This document shows, one piece after another, positions 9,282 to 16,910 of a stretch of DNA of 39,157 bases (its first letter is position 1; each line of letters opens with the position of its first letter). The notes under the pieces are model-generated. The model had not been told where the DNA came from. It did no database searches and was given only the letters and a program-made list of their open reading frames with translations. The position numbers and the translations under genes are program-made. The DNA comes from Candidatus Falkowbacteria bacterium (lineage in GTDB: Bacteria; Patescibacteriota; Patescibacteriia; UBA11705; JACRDX01): NCBI GenBank assembly GCA_043798985.1, contig JAZDOE010000016.1, positions 1-39,157 on the forward strand, given 5' to 3'.

Positions 9282-10349
9282 ATGCGTCTTATCCTTCCTC
9301 GTAAACTTATTCTACCGTTTATTGCGGGAAGTCTCATTCTGGGGCTTTCCCTTTTTGTTTTGATAGCAAAACAGCCAGACACACTGACCGACTATGTTCC
9401 AAAAGAAAGCGACTTTTACATTCATTTCAATCCATCAAGCTCAACTCAAATAAACCCAGAGATTCGCAACCAACTTGAAATGTTTGCTGACAAAACACTG
9501 AAAATTAAACTGACCGACTTAACACAATACAAAGAAGTTGGAATTTTCTTTAACAAAGGTCGCTATTTTGTAATCACGCCAGAAACAAAACAAACGTTTA
9601 GCAAACCAATAGCTGGCAACGCTTTTAAAAAACCGCTACGTATTTTTGATTTTTCCCAATTTCAATTATATATAAACAAGCCTCCGAATTTTCTCGCGAA
9701 TTTTGTTGGCGAAACAAATGGGACAACTACTCTCTACGGCAAAATCAGAAACAGCGCGATTTGCATTTACGGCACAGCGCCCAAACTTCTAAAAAAGAAC
9801 GCGGCATTTATATTGGACAACGCAATTTTAGACAAAAAAGCCGGCGCAAACGGACTCTTACTTAACAAAACCTTGGCCCAACCAACAAATCAGCTGGCGC
9901 AATCTTTGCCATGGCTGTTTATCAACAATCTGATCGGCCCGCTTGAAATGCAAATCGCGCAAAACAATGATTTTATTATAGGCTTTGACGCAAACGCAAA
10001 CGACATTACTAAAATTAAACAAATTCTATCCTTATTTTACCCAAAAGAAGTTAAAAAGGCATTGTTGGACTCAACAATCGCCACCCATCTTATCGCAGAT
10101 CCAAGCATTTTTACTGAAAAATCAACAACCACTGGCACGTTAAGTTCAACATTGATGTTTGGCAAGACAGACATACTACACTTGAAGACAATCAATCAAA
10201 AAACCTTCATTACAAACAACCAAACACTATTAAATTCCATTGCCTTGCAACCACTATCAACGGCCAGTAAAGTTGACATTTATTATAAAAATTTCAAATT
10301 TATATTCAACTATACAATCTGTGGAAAACTTCGCGTTTGTATAGACTAG
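9282..10349 (+). CDS. hypothetical protein with N-terminal TM anchor
   Basis: 355 aa ORF starting 3 nt after pnp; no recognised motif. Confidence 0.7.
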   Translation: MRLILPRKLILPFIAGSLILGLSLFVLIAKQPDTLTDYVPKESDFYIHFNPSSSTQINPEIRNQLEMFADKTLKIKLTDLTQYKEVGIFFNKGRYFVITPETKQTFSKPIAGNAFKKPLRIFDFSQFQLYINKPPNFLANFVGETNGTTTLYGKIRNSAICIYGTAPKLLKKNAAFILDNAILDKKAGANGLLLNKTLAQPTNQLAQSLPWLFINNLIGPLEMQIAQNNDFIIGFDANANDITKIKQILSLFYPKEVKKALLDSTIATHLIADPSIFTEKSTTTGTLSSTLMFGKTDILHLKTINQKTFITNNQTLLNSIALQPLSTASKVDIYYKNFKFIFNYTICGKLRVCID

Positions 10350-10400
10350 TCTAGACAAACGCTGTGGATAACTTATCAACAATCCACAGACTTATCCACA
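10320..10400. promoter_or_regulatory. DnaA-box cluster about 11 kb from oriC
   Basis: TGTGGAAAA 10320, TGTGGATAA 10363, TTATCAACA 10373, TTATCCACA 10392. Confidence 0.7.
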
Positions 10401-10405
10401 ACCCC

Positions 10406-10434
10406 TTGTGTGCGCATCAAAATTATGCTATAAT
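10406..10434 (+). promoter_or_regulatory. extended -10 promoter TTGTGT-17-(TGc)TATAAT
   Basis: tgctataat at 10426-10434 with 17-nt spacing from ttgtgt. Confidence 0.6.
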
Positions 10435-10440
10435 CTTTAT

Positions 10441-10737
10441 GTGAGGGATTCCATACGGATACTTCACAAAGCCCTACCTGCTCTTTTGCAACACAGCTGT
10501 CTTCTTCATTTGCGGTTTGGGCTGGCCAGACCGTTGGATACAAAAACAAAAACAAAATAGGATAGAAGCGCCTCCACGAGGCTAACTATCAGAAGATGGC
10601 AACAGACTGGCACTACTCGTCAGCTCTGATGGTCGCCAGCGACCAATTCTTTTGTCCCACCCAAGGCGGGGCAATCCTCATAGCGGGCATCCCCGCACAA
10701 CAACGTTGTACAAACCGGGATCATGTCCGCTTTTTTT
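10441..10737 (+). ncRNA. candidate ~300-nt structured non-coding RNA, family unassigned
   Basis: bounded by promoter and U-tailed hairpin; multiple helices visible by eye; no credible ORF. Confidence 0.5.
10682..10737 (+). terminator. terminator-like hairpin with T7 tail
   Basis: agcgggcat...atgtccgct followed by a T run. Confidence 0.55.
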
Positions 10738-10755
10738 ATTACGCAAACATCAACC

Positions 10756-10785
10756 CGTCATTGCGAGGCTCGGTGAAGCAATCTC
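10756..10785 (+). repeat. solo CGTC-tagged REP-like sequence
   Basis: cgtcattgcgaggctcggtgaagcaatctc; begins with GTCAT like the other small repeats in the window. Confidence 0.45.
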
Positions 10786-10804
10786 AGCGTGCTATAATAT
10801 AAAC

Positions 10805-11680
10805 ATGGAATTCAACAAGGAGAAAATAAATTTCCTAAAATATTTGGAACATAACTTGAGCCGTAGCCAAAAAACGTTGGAAACGTATGATTTATGTTTA
10901 ACCCGTTTTTTTAATTGGCTGGCAAAGGAAAAAATTTCATCACTGACAAAAATCAACGAACAAACCATAAAAAAATATAAGGCGTGGCTAAAAAAAATAA
11001 CATTTGGCAACAATAAAAAATTCAGCGCAAAAACTTGTAATCATCATTTGATCGCTTTGCGAATGCTGTTTGTTTATCTTCGTCGCAGAGATAAAAAAGT
11101 TTTTGCGCCAGAACAAATTAAACTTGACAATCAACCCAAAACAAAACTCAACTTTTTAACAAACCGCGAACTAATTAAATTACTGGACGCGCCAATTAAC
11201 CGTACATCTGACAAAGACAATAACCAACCTGCAAGGTTGCGAGACAAAGCTGTTTTGGAATTTTTATTCGCGACCGGATTAAAAATTTCTGAAATTGTTG
11301 GCCTCAAAAAAACAAATTTGAAAAATTTTAAACTGGGACAGCAAGCGCAATTCTGGTTAAAAAAATATTTAGAACAACGCAATGATAAATCACTCTTCTT
11401 ATTCATCAGCTATGACCGCGCAAGCAATGCCAGAACCAAGGCAGAACCAGCCACAGCCGCGCTGACGCCAAGGTCATTGCAGAGAATTGTGCAAAAATAT
11501 TCAAAGCTGGCTGGCTTAACCAAAAAAGTGACGCCCCAGATTATTCGCAATACTTTTGGATTACGATTGTTAAATAACGGAGCAACAATAAAAGAATTGC
11601 GCGCGGCCATGAATTTTAAATCAGACCTTGCCGCGCGCTCATATATTGAAGCATTGAAAAAAGCTAAAAACCTGCTATAA
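10805..11680 (+). CDS. XerC/D-like tyrosine recombinase with degenerate active site
   Basis: N-terminal SAM-like domain (RSQKTLETY, HHLIALRMLFVYL), RDKAVLEFLFATGLKISE, TPQIIRNTFG; start at ATG 10805. Confidence 0.85.
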   Translation: MEFNKEKINFLKYLEHNLSRSQKTLETYDLCLTRFFNWLAKEKISSLTKINEQTIKKYKAWLKKITFGNNKKFSAKTCNHHLIALRMLFVYLRRRDKKVFAPEQIKLDNQPKTKLNFLTNRELIKLLDAPINRTSDKDNNQPARLRDKAVLEFLFATGLKISEIVGLKKTNLKNFKLGQQAQFWLKKYLEQRNDKSLFLFISYDRASNARTKAEPATAALTPRSLQRIVQKYSKLAGLTKKVTPQIIRNTFGLRLLNNGATIKELRAAMNFKSDLAARSYIEALKKAKNLL

Positions 11681-11694
11681 TCTCTAACATTCGT

Positions 11695-11826
11695 GCGCCC
11701 GTAGTTTCACCCCTCGGGTGACCACCCGCAGGGTGGCAATGGATACCCGCCGCAAGCCGCACAACGCGGCAAGCTGGCGGGCCCGCCACAATGCCCTTCG
11801 GGCTTTGGGCGGGGAATAGAAGCCTT
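11695..11826 (+). pseudogene. 5'-half duplicate of tRNA-Arg(UCU) interrupted by two hairpin-doublet insertions
   Basis: removing 11707-11736 and 11746-11813 gives gcgcccgtagttcaatggatagaatagaagcctt versus gtccccgtagttcaatggatagaatagaagcctt of the tRNA at 11846. Confidence 0.85.
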
Positions 11827-11845
11827 TGCTCAATTTACAATTCGT

Positions 11846-11920
11846 GTCCCCGTAGTTCAATGGATAGAATAGAAGCCTTCTAAGCTTTAGATCTTGGTTC
11901 GATTCCAAGCGGGGACACCA
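11846..11920 (+). tRNA. tRNA-Arg(UCU)
   Basis: cloverleaf: GTCCCCG/CGGGGAC acceptor, GAAGC-CT-TCT-AA-GCTTT, TTCGATT loop, encoded CCA. Confidence 0.96.
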
Positions 11921-11961
11921 ACAATTGACTTAACTCTTTTGCTTTGTTATTCTACGAATAT

Positions 11962-12249
11962 ATGCAAAAATTCATGCTAGAATTTAAACTTCCCGTCTCC
12001 GTTCTTCGGGAGGGCAAAAAGTTTATTGCCTATACTCCAGCACTAGATTTATCAACATCAGGTAATAATTATAAAGAAGCTAAACAACGGTTTGGCGAAA
12101 TCGTAAATATTTTTTTTGAGGAACTCATAAAAAAGGGTACGCTCAAAGAGGTTTTACAAAATTTGGGCTGGAAACAAATGCAAGCAAAATGGAGTCCGCC
12201 AATAGTGATCTCTCAAGAGTCTCAAACTGTCCGGGTGCCTGCGAGATAA
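11962..12249 (+). CDS. hicB: short HicB-like antitoxin
   Basis: FIAYTPALDLSTSGNNYKEA partial RNase H-like motif; directly upstream of a hicA-like gene. Confidence 0.75.
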   Translation: MQKFMLEFKLPVSVLREGKKFIAYTPALDLSTSGNNYKEAKQRFGEIVNIFFEELIKKGTLKEVLQNLGWKQMQAKWSPPIVISQESQTVRVPAR

Positions 12250-12252
12250 CAT

Positions 12253-12483
12253 ATGGCTCACTTAACGCCCATTCATTGGAAAAAATTTGAGAAATTTCTC
12301 CTTTATATTGGCTGCCACTTTGTGAGAGAGCGAGGAGATCATCGAATCTACTGGAGAGAGTGTCTACAACGACCGGTAGTTATTCCCCACGACGAGGGAT
12401 TGCCAATCTTTATTATCCGCAACAATTTAAGAATTTTGGGCATTAACCCTGAAGAGTATTCCGAAATCCTAAAGAGAACTTAA
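12253..12483 (+). CDS. hicA: HicA family mRNA interferase toxin
   Basis: GCHFVRERGDHRIY...PVVIPH dsRBD-like HicA signature. Confidence 0.85.
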   Translation: MAHLTPIHWKKFEKFLLYIGCHFVRERGDHRIYWRECLQRPVVIPHDEGLPIFIIRNNLRILGINPEEYSEILKRT

Positions 12484-12606
12484 GCCCCTAAAACTTAAAG
12501 CCCGTAAAAACAGCAGAAATGCTGATTTTTTTATTATACAAATGCATTTGACTAATTTAAGTTTTGATAGAAATTCTACCGGGCAATTTTTTATTTAACA
12601 AAAAAC

Positions 12607-12631
12607 TCCCTTGTCAAATTTTGACAAGGGA
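12607..12631 (-). terminator. intrinsic terminator after the pilM-like gene
   Basis: minus strand tcccttgtcaaaatttgacaagggag followed by a T run. Confidence 0.7.
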
Positions 12632-12640
12632 TATAACTTG

Positions 12641-13684
12641 CTAGCCCTTACGAAGCGCCAGCCCAACTGCCACCACGAGCCGCAATGCCTTTTCCAGCGG
12701 CACTTCTTTTCTCTCTTTGATTCGTACGAACGGATCGAAGAGCGCAACCGGAATATTGAGCCTGGAGGAAAACCTTTCCTCCATTTCGGGAATCAGACTG
12801 CCCCCGCCGCACAGAAGCACGCGTTCGATCTTTTTTTCTTCGCCGTTCGTTGCAGTAAAAAACTGCACACCTCTCTGTATCTCTGTTACTATCAAATTAA
12901 CCACTCTTCCAACGCAAGCGAAGGAATCTCCCCCTATGATACCGCTCTTGCAGTATCCATTTAAAATCGCATCTGCGTCTTCGTATGCCAGTCCTCGCGC
13001 TCTCTGAATCTCTTCAATTGCCAGCATACTGCCAAAGCTGCTATCTCGTGTGAACACAAGCTTGCCATTGGAGAGAATTGCGAGCTGTGTCATGGATGTG
13101 CCGATGTCAATGATCGCAACCGTTTCAAAGTCTCTCTCCAAGAGAAACACGTTCGCCGCGGCAAGTGTCCCGGAATCCACAACAACAGGCAACAAGCCAG
13201 CATCTCCCGCAACGCGCAAAAGATCATCCGCAACATCCTTTTTGCATACAACCAGCCCTACTGCCATCTGCCCCTGCCCATGCTCGGGGTTAATGACAAA
13301 GTAATCAAAATTGACTTCATCCATTGCCCACGGAATGAACGGCTCTGCTTCGCGCGCGATAGACCTCGCAAGCTCTTCCATGGTCATCTCTGGCAGGAAA
13401 ATGTTCTTCAGAATGGTGCGATGTCCGCCCACGCTAAGCGCGGCTCGCCTGCCGCGCAGGCCATTCTTTTCAACCAGCCTTTTCAGCACTTCTGTGATAA
13501 CCGAAAAATCCATGATCGCGCCATCTACAAAAGCGGCTGGCGGCAATGGCTCTATGCCAACGCCCTTCAGATACAGCCCTGTTTCTGTTTCCTCAAGCTC
13601 AACGAACTTGATGCCCGAAGCTCCGATGTCAATGCCAATGAGATTCTTGTTTCTGCCTACGCCGGACAGGTTCACTTCTATCAT
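12641..13684 (-). CDS. pilM: type IV pilus assembly PilM-like (FtsA/actin-fold) protein
   Basis: IGIDIGASGIKFVEL, IIDIG, VLLCGGGS, VAVGLALR; ATG 13684 preceded by AAAGGAGGTG. Confidence 0.85.
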   Translation of the reverse strand: MIEVNLSGVGRNKNLIGIDIGASGIKFVELEETETGLYLKGVGIEPLPPAAFVDGAIMDFSVITEVLKRLVEKNGLRGRRAALSVGGHRTILKNIFLPEMTMEELARSIAREAEPFIPWAMDEVNFDYFVINPEHGQGQMAVGLVVCKKDVADDLLRVAGDAGLLPVVVDSGTLAAANVFLLERDFETVAIIDIGTSMTQLAILSNGKLVFTRDSSFGSMLAIEEIQRARGLAYEDADAILNGYCKSGIIGGDSFACVGRVVNLIVTEIQRGVQFFTATNGEEKKIERVLLCGGGSLIPEMEERFSSRLNIPVALFDPFVRIKERKEVPLEKALRLVVAVGLALRKG

Positions 13685-13769
13685 AACGCACCTCCTTTGT
13701 TGCAATTGTGAATGTTCATTACCACATTGCCACATTATACAATTTATTAAAGAATGTCAAGTGCTCTTT

Positions 13770-13798
13770 TTGACACTTCTAAAAAATAATGCTAACAT
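13770..13798 (+). promoter_or_regulatory. promoter TTGACA-17-TAACAT
   Basis: ttgaca cttctaaaaaataatgc taacat. Confidence 0.55.
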
Positions 13799-13873
13799 CA
13801 AGAACGTTAGCTGAACATTGAAAATATAGGCAATTCTGAATTGATACAAACGCAAAGACAAGGAGGGATCACA

Positions 13874-15304
13874 ATGAGCAAACGCAGCAGGAAAAAGCAG
13901 GAACAGCAAATGGCTGGTTCTCGGAACGGAGATGACAGCGTTGTGATGGATACACGCGCAAAAGTCGCAATCAAGGACGCGCCCAAAACCCCGGAGGGAT
14001 TTGAAGGCGGAGAAGCTGTCAAGGTCGTATTGAACGGCAACAGACTTACCATGGATTCTGCTACGATCCCGGTGCAAGTCTTTTTTTCTGACGCACTCAT
14101 CCAAAAATGCCCGCTTCATGTTGTCCTTGTGGACAATAACGAAACTGACGTGCGCTTTGGCTCCTACAGAACAGGGCACAGATACATCTTCGGTTCTGGA
14201 GACGGCGCGCAGTTCATGCAGGTTCACCGTAGCGGCAAGCACCGCCTGACTGTTCTTGTGTTCGGCAAATGGACGCAAGGCAAAGACAGTGTTTACGAGC
14301 TGGAAAAGAAAAAAGAGTCTGGTGACTTTAGCGTGGCCGTTCCGTTCGCGAACGAAGAGCAAGAACTGCTTGCCACGTTGAAGACGTTTAACATCCTCGC
14401 CGCAACAGTGGTAGAAGTCGAAGTCCCGGCAGAACTCTTCGCGCCAAAACCCAAAAGCAGGGTCGGCGAGCTGATCTGGAAACTGACGAATCGCGGATTG
14501 TTCTACAAACAGCCGCCGACAGATCAGTGCGCGTACAGAAAACGCCGGTTGCTCTTGCTCTTCAGGTGGCCGATTGACCTCATCCTGGCAATCTGCTGGG
14601 CAGTCATCGGAATTCTTGCCAGACCGGCCATAGCGATAGCGTGGCTCTGCGTCTGGTTCGCTGGCTACCGACCGGCAAATCTTTGGGCATGGCTCGCGCA
14701 TCCGTTCGCGTGCATAGCTCAAGAAAAAGACCTGCTGTATTTTCCGCGGGACCAAAGCCGCAAGGAAGATCAGCGATTGAGTAGATACCTGCTGTGGAAA
14801 CTGGACAGTGGCTGTGAGCCAAATCGTTGGTACGCATACTCGGCCGAGTGTCTTGTGCGTGCTCTTTTTGCCCCGTGGGAAATCACGGGGCTAGGAATCG
14901 CACCAATCAGCTGGCTTGCGTACTTCCTGTGCACAATCCAAGTAGCTGGATTTGACGCCAACCGTATTCTTGCAAGCATTGCCATCGCAGTCGCGCTTAT
15001 CCTGTTCGCATCACTGGTCATCTACAGGCTCGGAAATCGCGCTGAAAAAACGCTCCAGCGCGAAATACGAGCCGCTGAAACACAGAAACAGCTTGAGGCG
15101 CAACGCGAAGAGCAAGAGAAACAAGAACTTGAACATCTTCGTCAATGGCTCGCAACACACGCGGCAACGGCAAAAGCGCCAAGCGCAGTAGATCTGACAG
15201 CAGTGCAAGTATATGGCTCGGCCACACACAGGTTTGTCAGAAAGTGGACGCATCTCAAGTTCTGGGCAGTCAAAAGAGACGTGTGCGCGCCGTATGAGAA
15301 GTAG
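13874..15304 (+). CDS. hypothetical membrane protein
   Basis: long ORF with AGGAGGG SD, several TM segments and a C-terminal coiled coil. Confidence 0.75.
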   Translation: MSKRSRKKQEQQMAGSRNGDDSVVMDTRAKVAIKDAPKTPEGFEGGEAVKVVLNGNRLTMDSATIPVQVFFSDALIQKCPLHVVLVDNNETDVRFGSYRTGHRYIFGSGDGAQFMQVHRSGKHRLTVLVFGKWTQGKDSVYELEKKKESGDFSVAVPFANEEQELLATLKTFNILAATVVEVEVPAELFAPKPKSRVGELIWKLTNRGLFYKQPPTDQCAYRKRRLLLLFRWPIDLILAICWAVIGILARPAIAIAWLCVWFAGYRPANLWAWLAHPFACIAQEKDLLYFPRDQSRKEDQRLSRYLLWKLDSGCEPNRWYAYSAECLVRALFAPWEITGLGIAPISWLAYFLCTIQVAGFDANRILASIAIAVALILFASLVIYRLGNRAEKTLQREIRAAETQKQLEAQREEQEKQELEHLRQWLATHAATAKAPSAVDLTAVQVYGSATHRFVRKWTHLKFWAVKRDVCAPYEK

Positions 15305-15322
15305 ACACGGGTTGTGAACTTT

Positions 15323-15358
15323 TAGGACGTTTTCAAAGAAAACGTCCTATTTTTATTT
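15323..15358 (+). terminator. intrinsic terminator
   Basis: taggacgttttc-aaa-gaaaacgtccta followed by a T-rich tail. Confidence 0.75.
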
Positions 15359-15429
15359 GCCGCAACCGGTTGTATTTGATAAAATAACAATACCAACCCC
15401 AGTTACCAGCCCCCAGTTACTAATTTTTT

Positions 15430-15663
15430 ATGTGCATAGGAATTCCACAAAAAGTTTTGGAAATAAAAGACAAAATGGCACGGGTGCAATCCGGAGATCA
15501 TGAGCATTGGTTGGATATTTCAGCAATGGACGAACCAATAAATGTTGGCGATTTTTTATTGAGTTATCAAGGCGTTGCGATAAACAAAATAACAGCAAGC
15601 GAAGCGACTGCCAATGGGGATGTCATTTCGACCCTGCTTCAGCCCGCTTCGCACAAGCGATAG
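15430..15663 (+). CDS. hypC: HypC/HupF family hydrogenase maturation chaperone; C-terminus read from an inserted repeat
   Basis: N-terminal MCIGIP, VGDFLL..GVAI; near the hydrogenase gene. Confidence 0.8.
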   Translation: MCIGIPQKVLEIKDKMARVQSGDHEHWLDISAMDEPINVGDFLLSYQGVAINKITASEATANGDVISTLLQPASHKR

Positions 15664-15743
15664 CGAGGCGAGCGGGGGAGAAATCGCTTGTAAAGACTTT
15701 GCGAAGGGATTTCTCATCCGCCCGAGGCGGATTCGAAATGACA
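15621..15743. mobile_element. MITE/REPIN-like element, copy A (123 bp)
   Basis: perfect 11-bp terminal inverted repeats tgtcatttcga/tcgaaatgaca; internal blocks shared with 29948-30058. Confidence 0.75.
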
Positions 15744-15765
15744 GCAGCGCATCAGACATTTCAAT

Positions 15766-16536
15766 ATGCTTAAAGAACCAACAATAAAAGCAGAACAAGA
15801 ACAACGCGAACGCGTGGAACGCGGGATCAGGATGGCCGCGGTTTTCGGTTGCGCGCCCGCGCAAATGAAATTGTGCGGACGAAAGGACAAGGAAACGCCG
15901 CAGGTTTTGCAGAATTTTTTAGCGAACAAGGGCGGCGTTGATTCAGCGCGGGCGCGCGAAGTTCTGGAAAATTTTGAAGCGGCAACTGAGTATTACAAAT
16001 TAATTGCCGCGGCAAACAACATTCCAGACCCCTTTGACGAACGCGTGGTTGAAGCATATTGGATTGGCAATGATTTATTGGAAAAAGTTAAACCCGATGA
16101 TATTAAAAAAATGATTTTGGAAAAATTTGTCGGCGCGAAAATGATGACGCAAGAAGACGCAGAAGCGCGAGTCGCGAAATTAGCAGCCGACATTGTTGCT
16201 CATCATAATTTTCACGTGCTGGCTTTAGGCGCGGCGAGCGCTGAAGCTCGGCAAGTAGCTGGATTGTACGAATTGTGCAGTGTAAATTTTGGCAAAGTTG
16301 TTGGCGTTGAAGATAATAAAGTGACAATAAAATACAAGCCACTTGTTTTAGAAGACAGCGGGTTTACGGTCAGCAACAATGAGGTTGCAAAGCAACTAAC
16401 TTGGGACAAAAATGTTGCGCCAGAAATAAAAAATGGAGACAGCGTTTGTTTCCATTGGAATCAGGTTTGCCAAAAATTGACAGAAGCGCAAGCGCGCAAC
16501 TTGGCAGAATATACACGCGTGGCGTTGTCATCCTGA
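15766..16536 (+). CDS. conserved hypothetical protein (resembles DUF6390, with a HypC-like C-terminal motif)
   Basis: FEAATEYYKLIA...DPFDERVVEAYWIG, AHHNFHVL, GDSVCFHW; family recalled from motifs, not searched. Confidence 0.65.
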   Translation: MLKEPTIKAEQEQRERVERGIRMAAVFGCAPAQMKLCGRKDKETPQVLQNFLANKGGVDSARAREVLENFEAATEYYKLIAAANNIPDPFDERVVEAYWIGNDLLEKVKPDDIKKMILEKFVGAKMMTQEDAEARVAKLAADIVAHHNFHVLALGAASAEARQVAGLYELCSVNFGKVVGVEDNKVTIKYKPLVLEDSGFTVSNNEVAKQLTWDKNVAPEIKNGDSVCFHWNQVCQKLTEAQARNLAEYTRVALSS

Positions 16537-16882
16537 GCCTGTCGAAGGATGACGAGATGCACACAACTTTGCCAGCTGTGGCAGATCGTCTAACTGCGCA
16601 AAAATTAGCGCTTCTTTTTTTTCTCTACGCCAACCCTTAAGCTGCTTCTCTCTGGCGATTGCCTTATCAACATCAACAAATTCCTCATAATATACGAGCA
16701 CAACCGGTCGCCGTGAATATGTATAACAAAACGTTTTTTGACCGTCGTTATGCTGATTGATCCTATGATTGATATTATTGGTCACGCCAGTATAATAGCT
16801 ACCGTCCGAACACCTTAAAATATACACGTAATAATATTTATACATAAGGTTTGGTCGCCCTTCGACAAGCTCAGGGTGACAA
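16525..16882. mobile_element. GIY-YIG gene flanked by inverted REP-like hairpins
   Basis: ttgtcatcctgagcctgtcgaagga (16525-16549) versus reverse complement of 16858-16882 ttgtcaccctgagcttgtcgaaggg: 22/25 identical. Confidence 0.7.
16528..16845 (-). CDS. GIY-YIG nuclease family protein (UPF0213-like)
   Basis: YYVYILRCSDGSYYTGVTN...R...HN...RRPVVLVYYE...AIAREKQLKGW. Confidence 0.92.
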   Translation of the reverse strand: MYKYYYVYILRCSDGSYYTGVTNNINHRINQHNDGQKTFCYTYSRRPVVLVYYEEFVDVDKAIAREKQLKGWRREKKEALIFAQLDDLPQLAKLCASRHPSTGSG

Positions 16883-16910
16883 TCCCTTCTCGCGATTCAA
16901 CATAACAAAC

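Noticed and set aside
10441-10737. tmRNA, RNase P RNA or SRP RNA
   Set aside because: No tRNA-like ends or T-loop, no GAAAGTC-type P4 signature and no SRP helix-8 motif recognised.
10596-10804. 68-aa ORF, and the N-terminal extension of the recombinase from 10652
   Set aside because: Both cross a terminator hairpin and a REP-like repeat and have no protein-like features.
10805-12483. Xer-like gene as the integrase of an island at tRNA-Arg(UCU)
   Set aside because: The active site is degenerate, the gene lies 5' of the tRNA, and I saw no 3' tRNA att repeat downstream.
13757-14755. 332-aa minus-strand ORF
   Set aside because: Antisense shadow of the SD-led plus-strand gene that has its own promoter and terminator.
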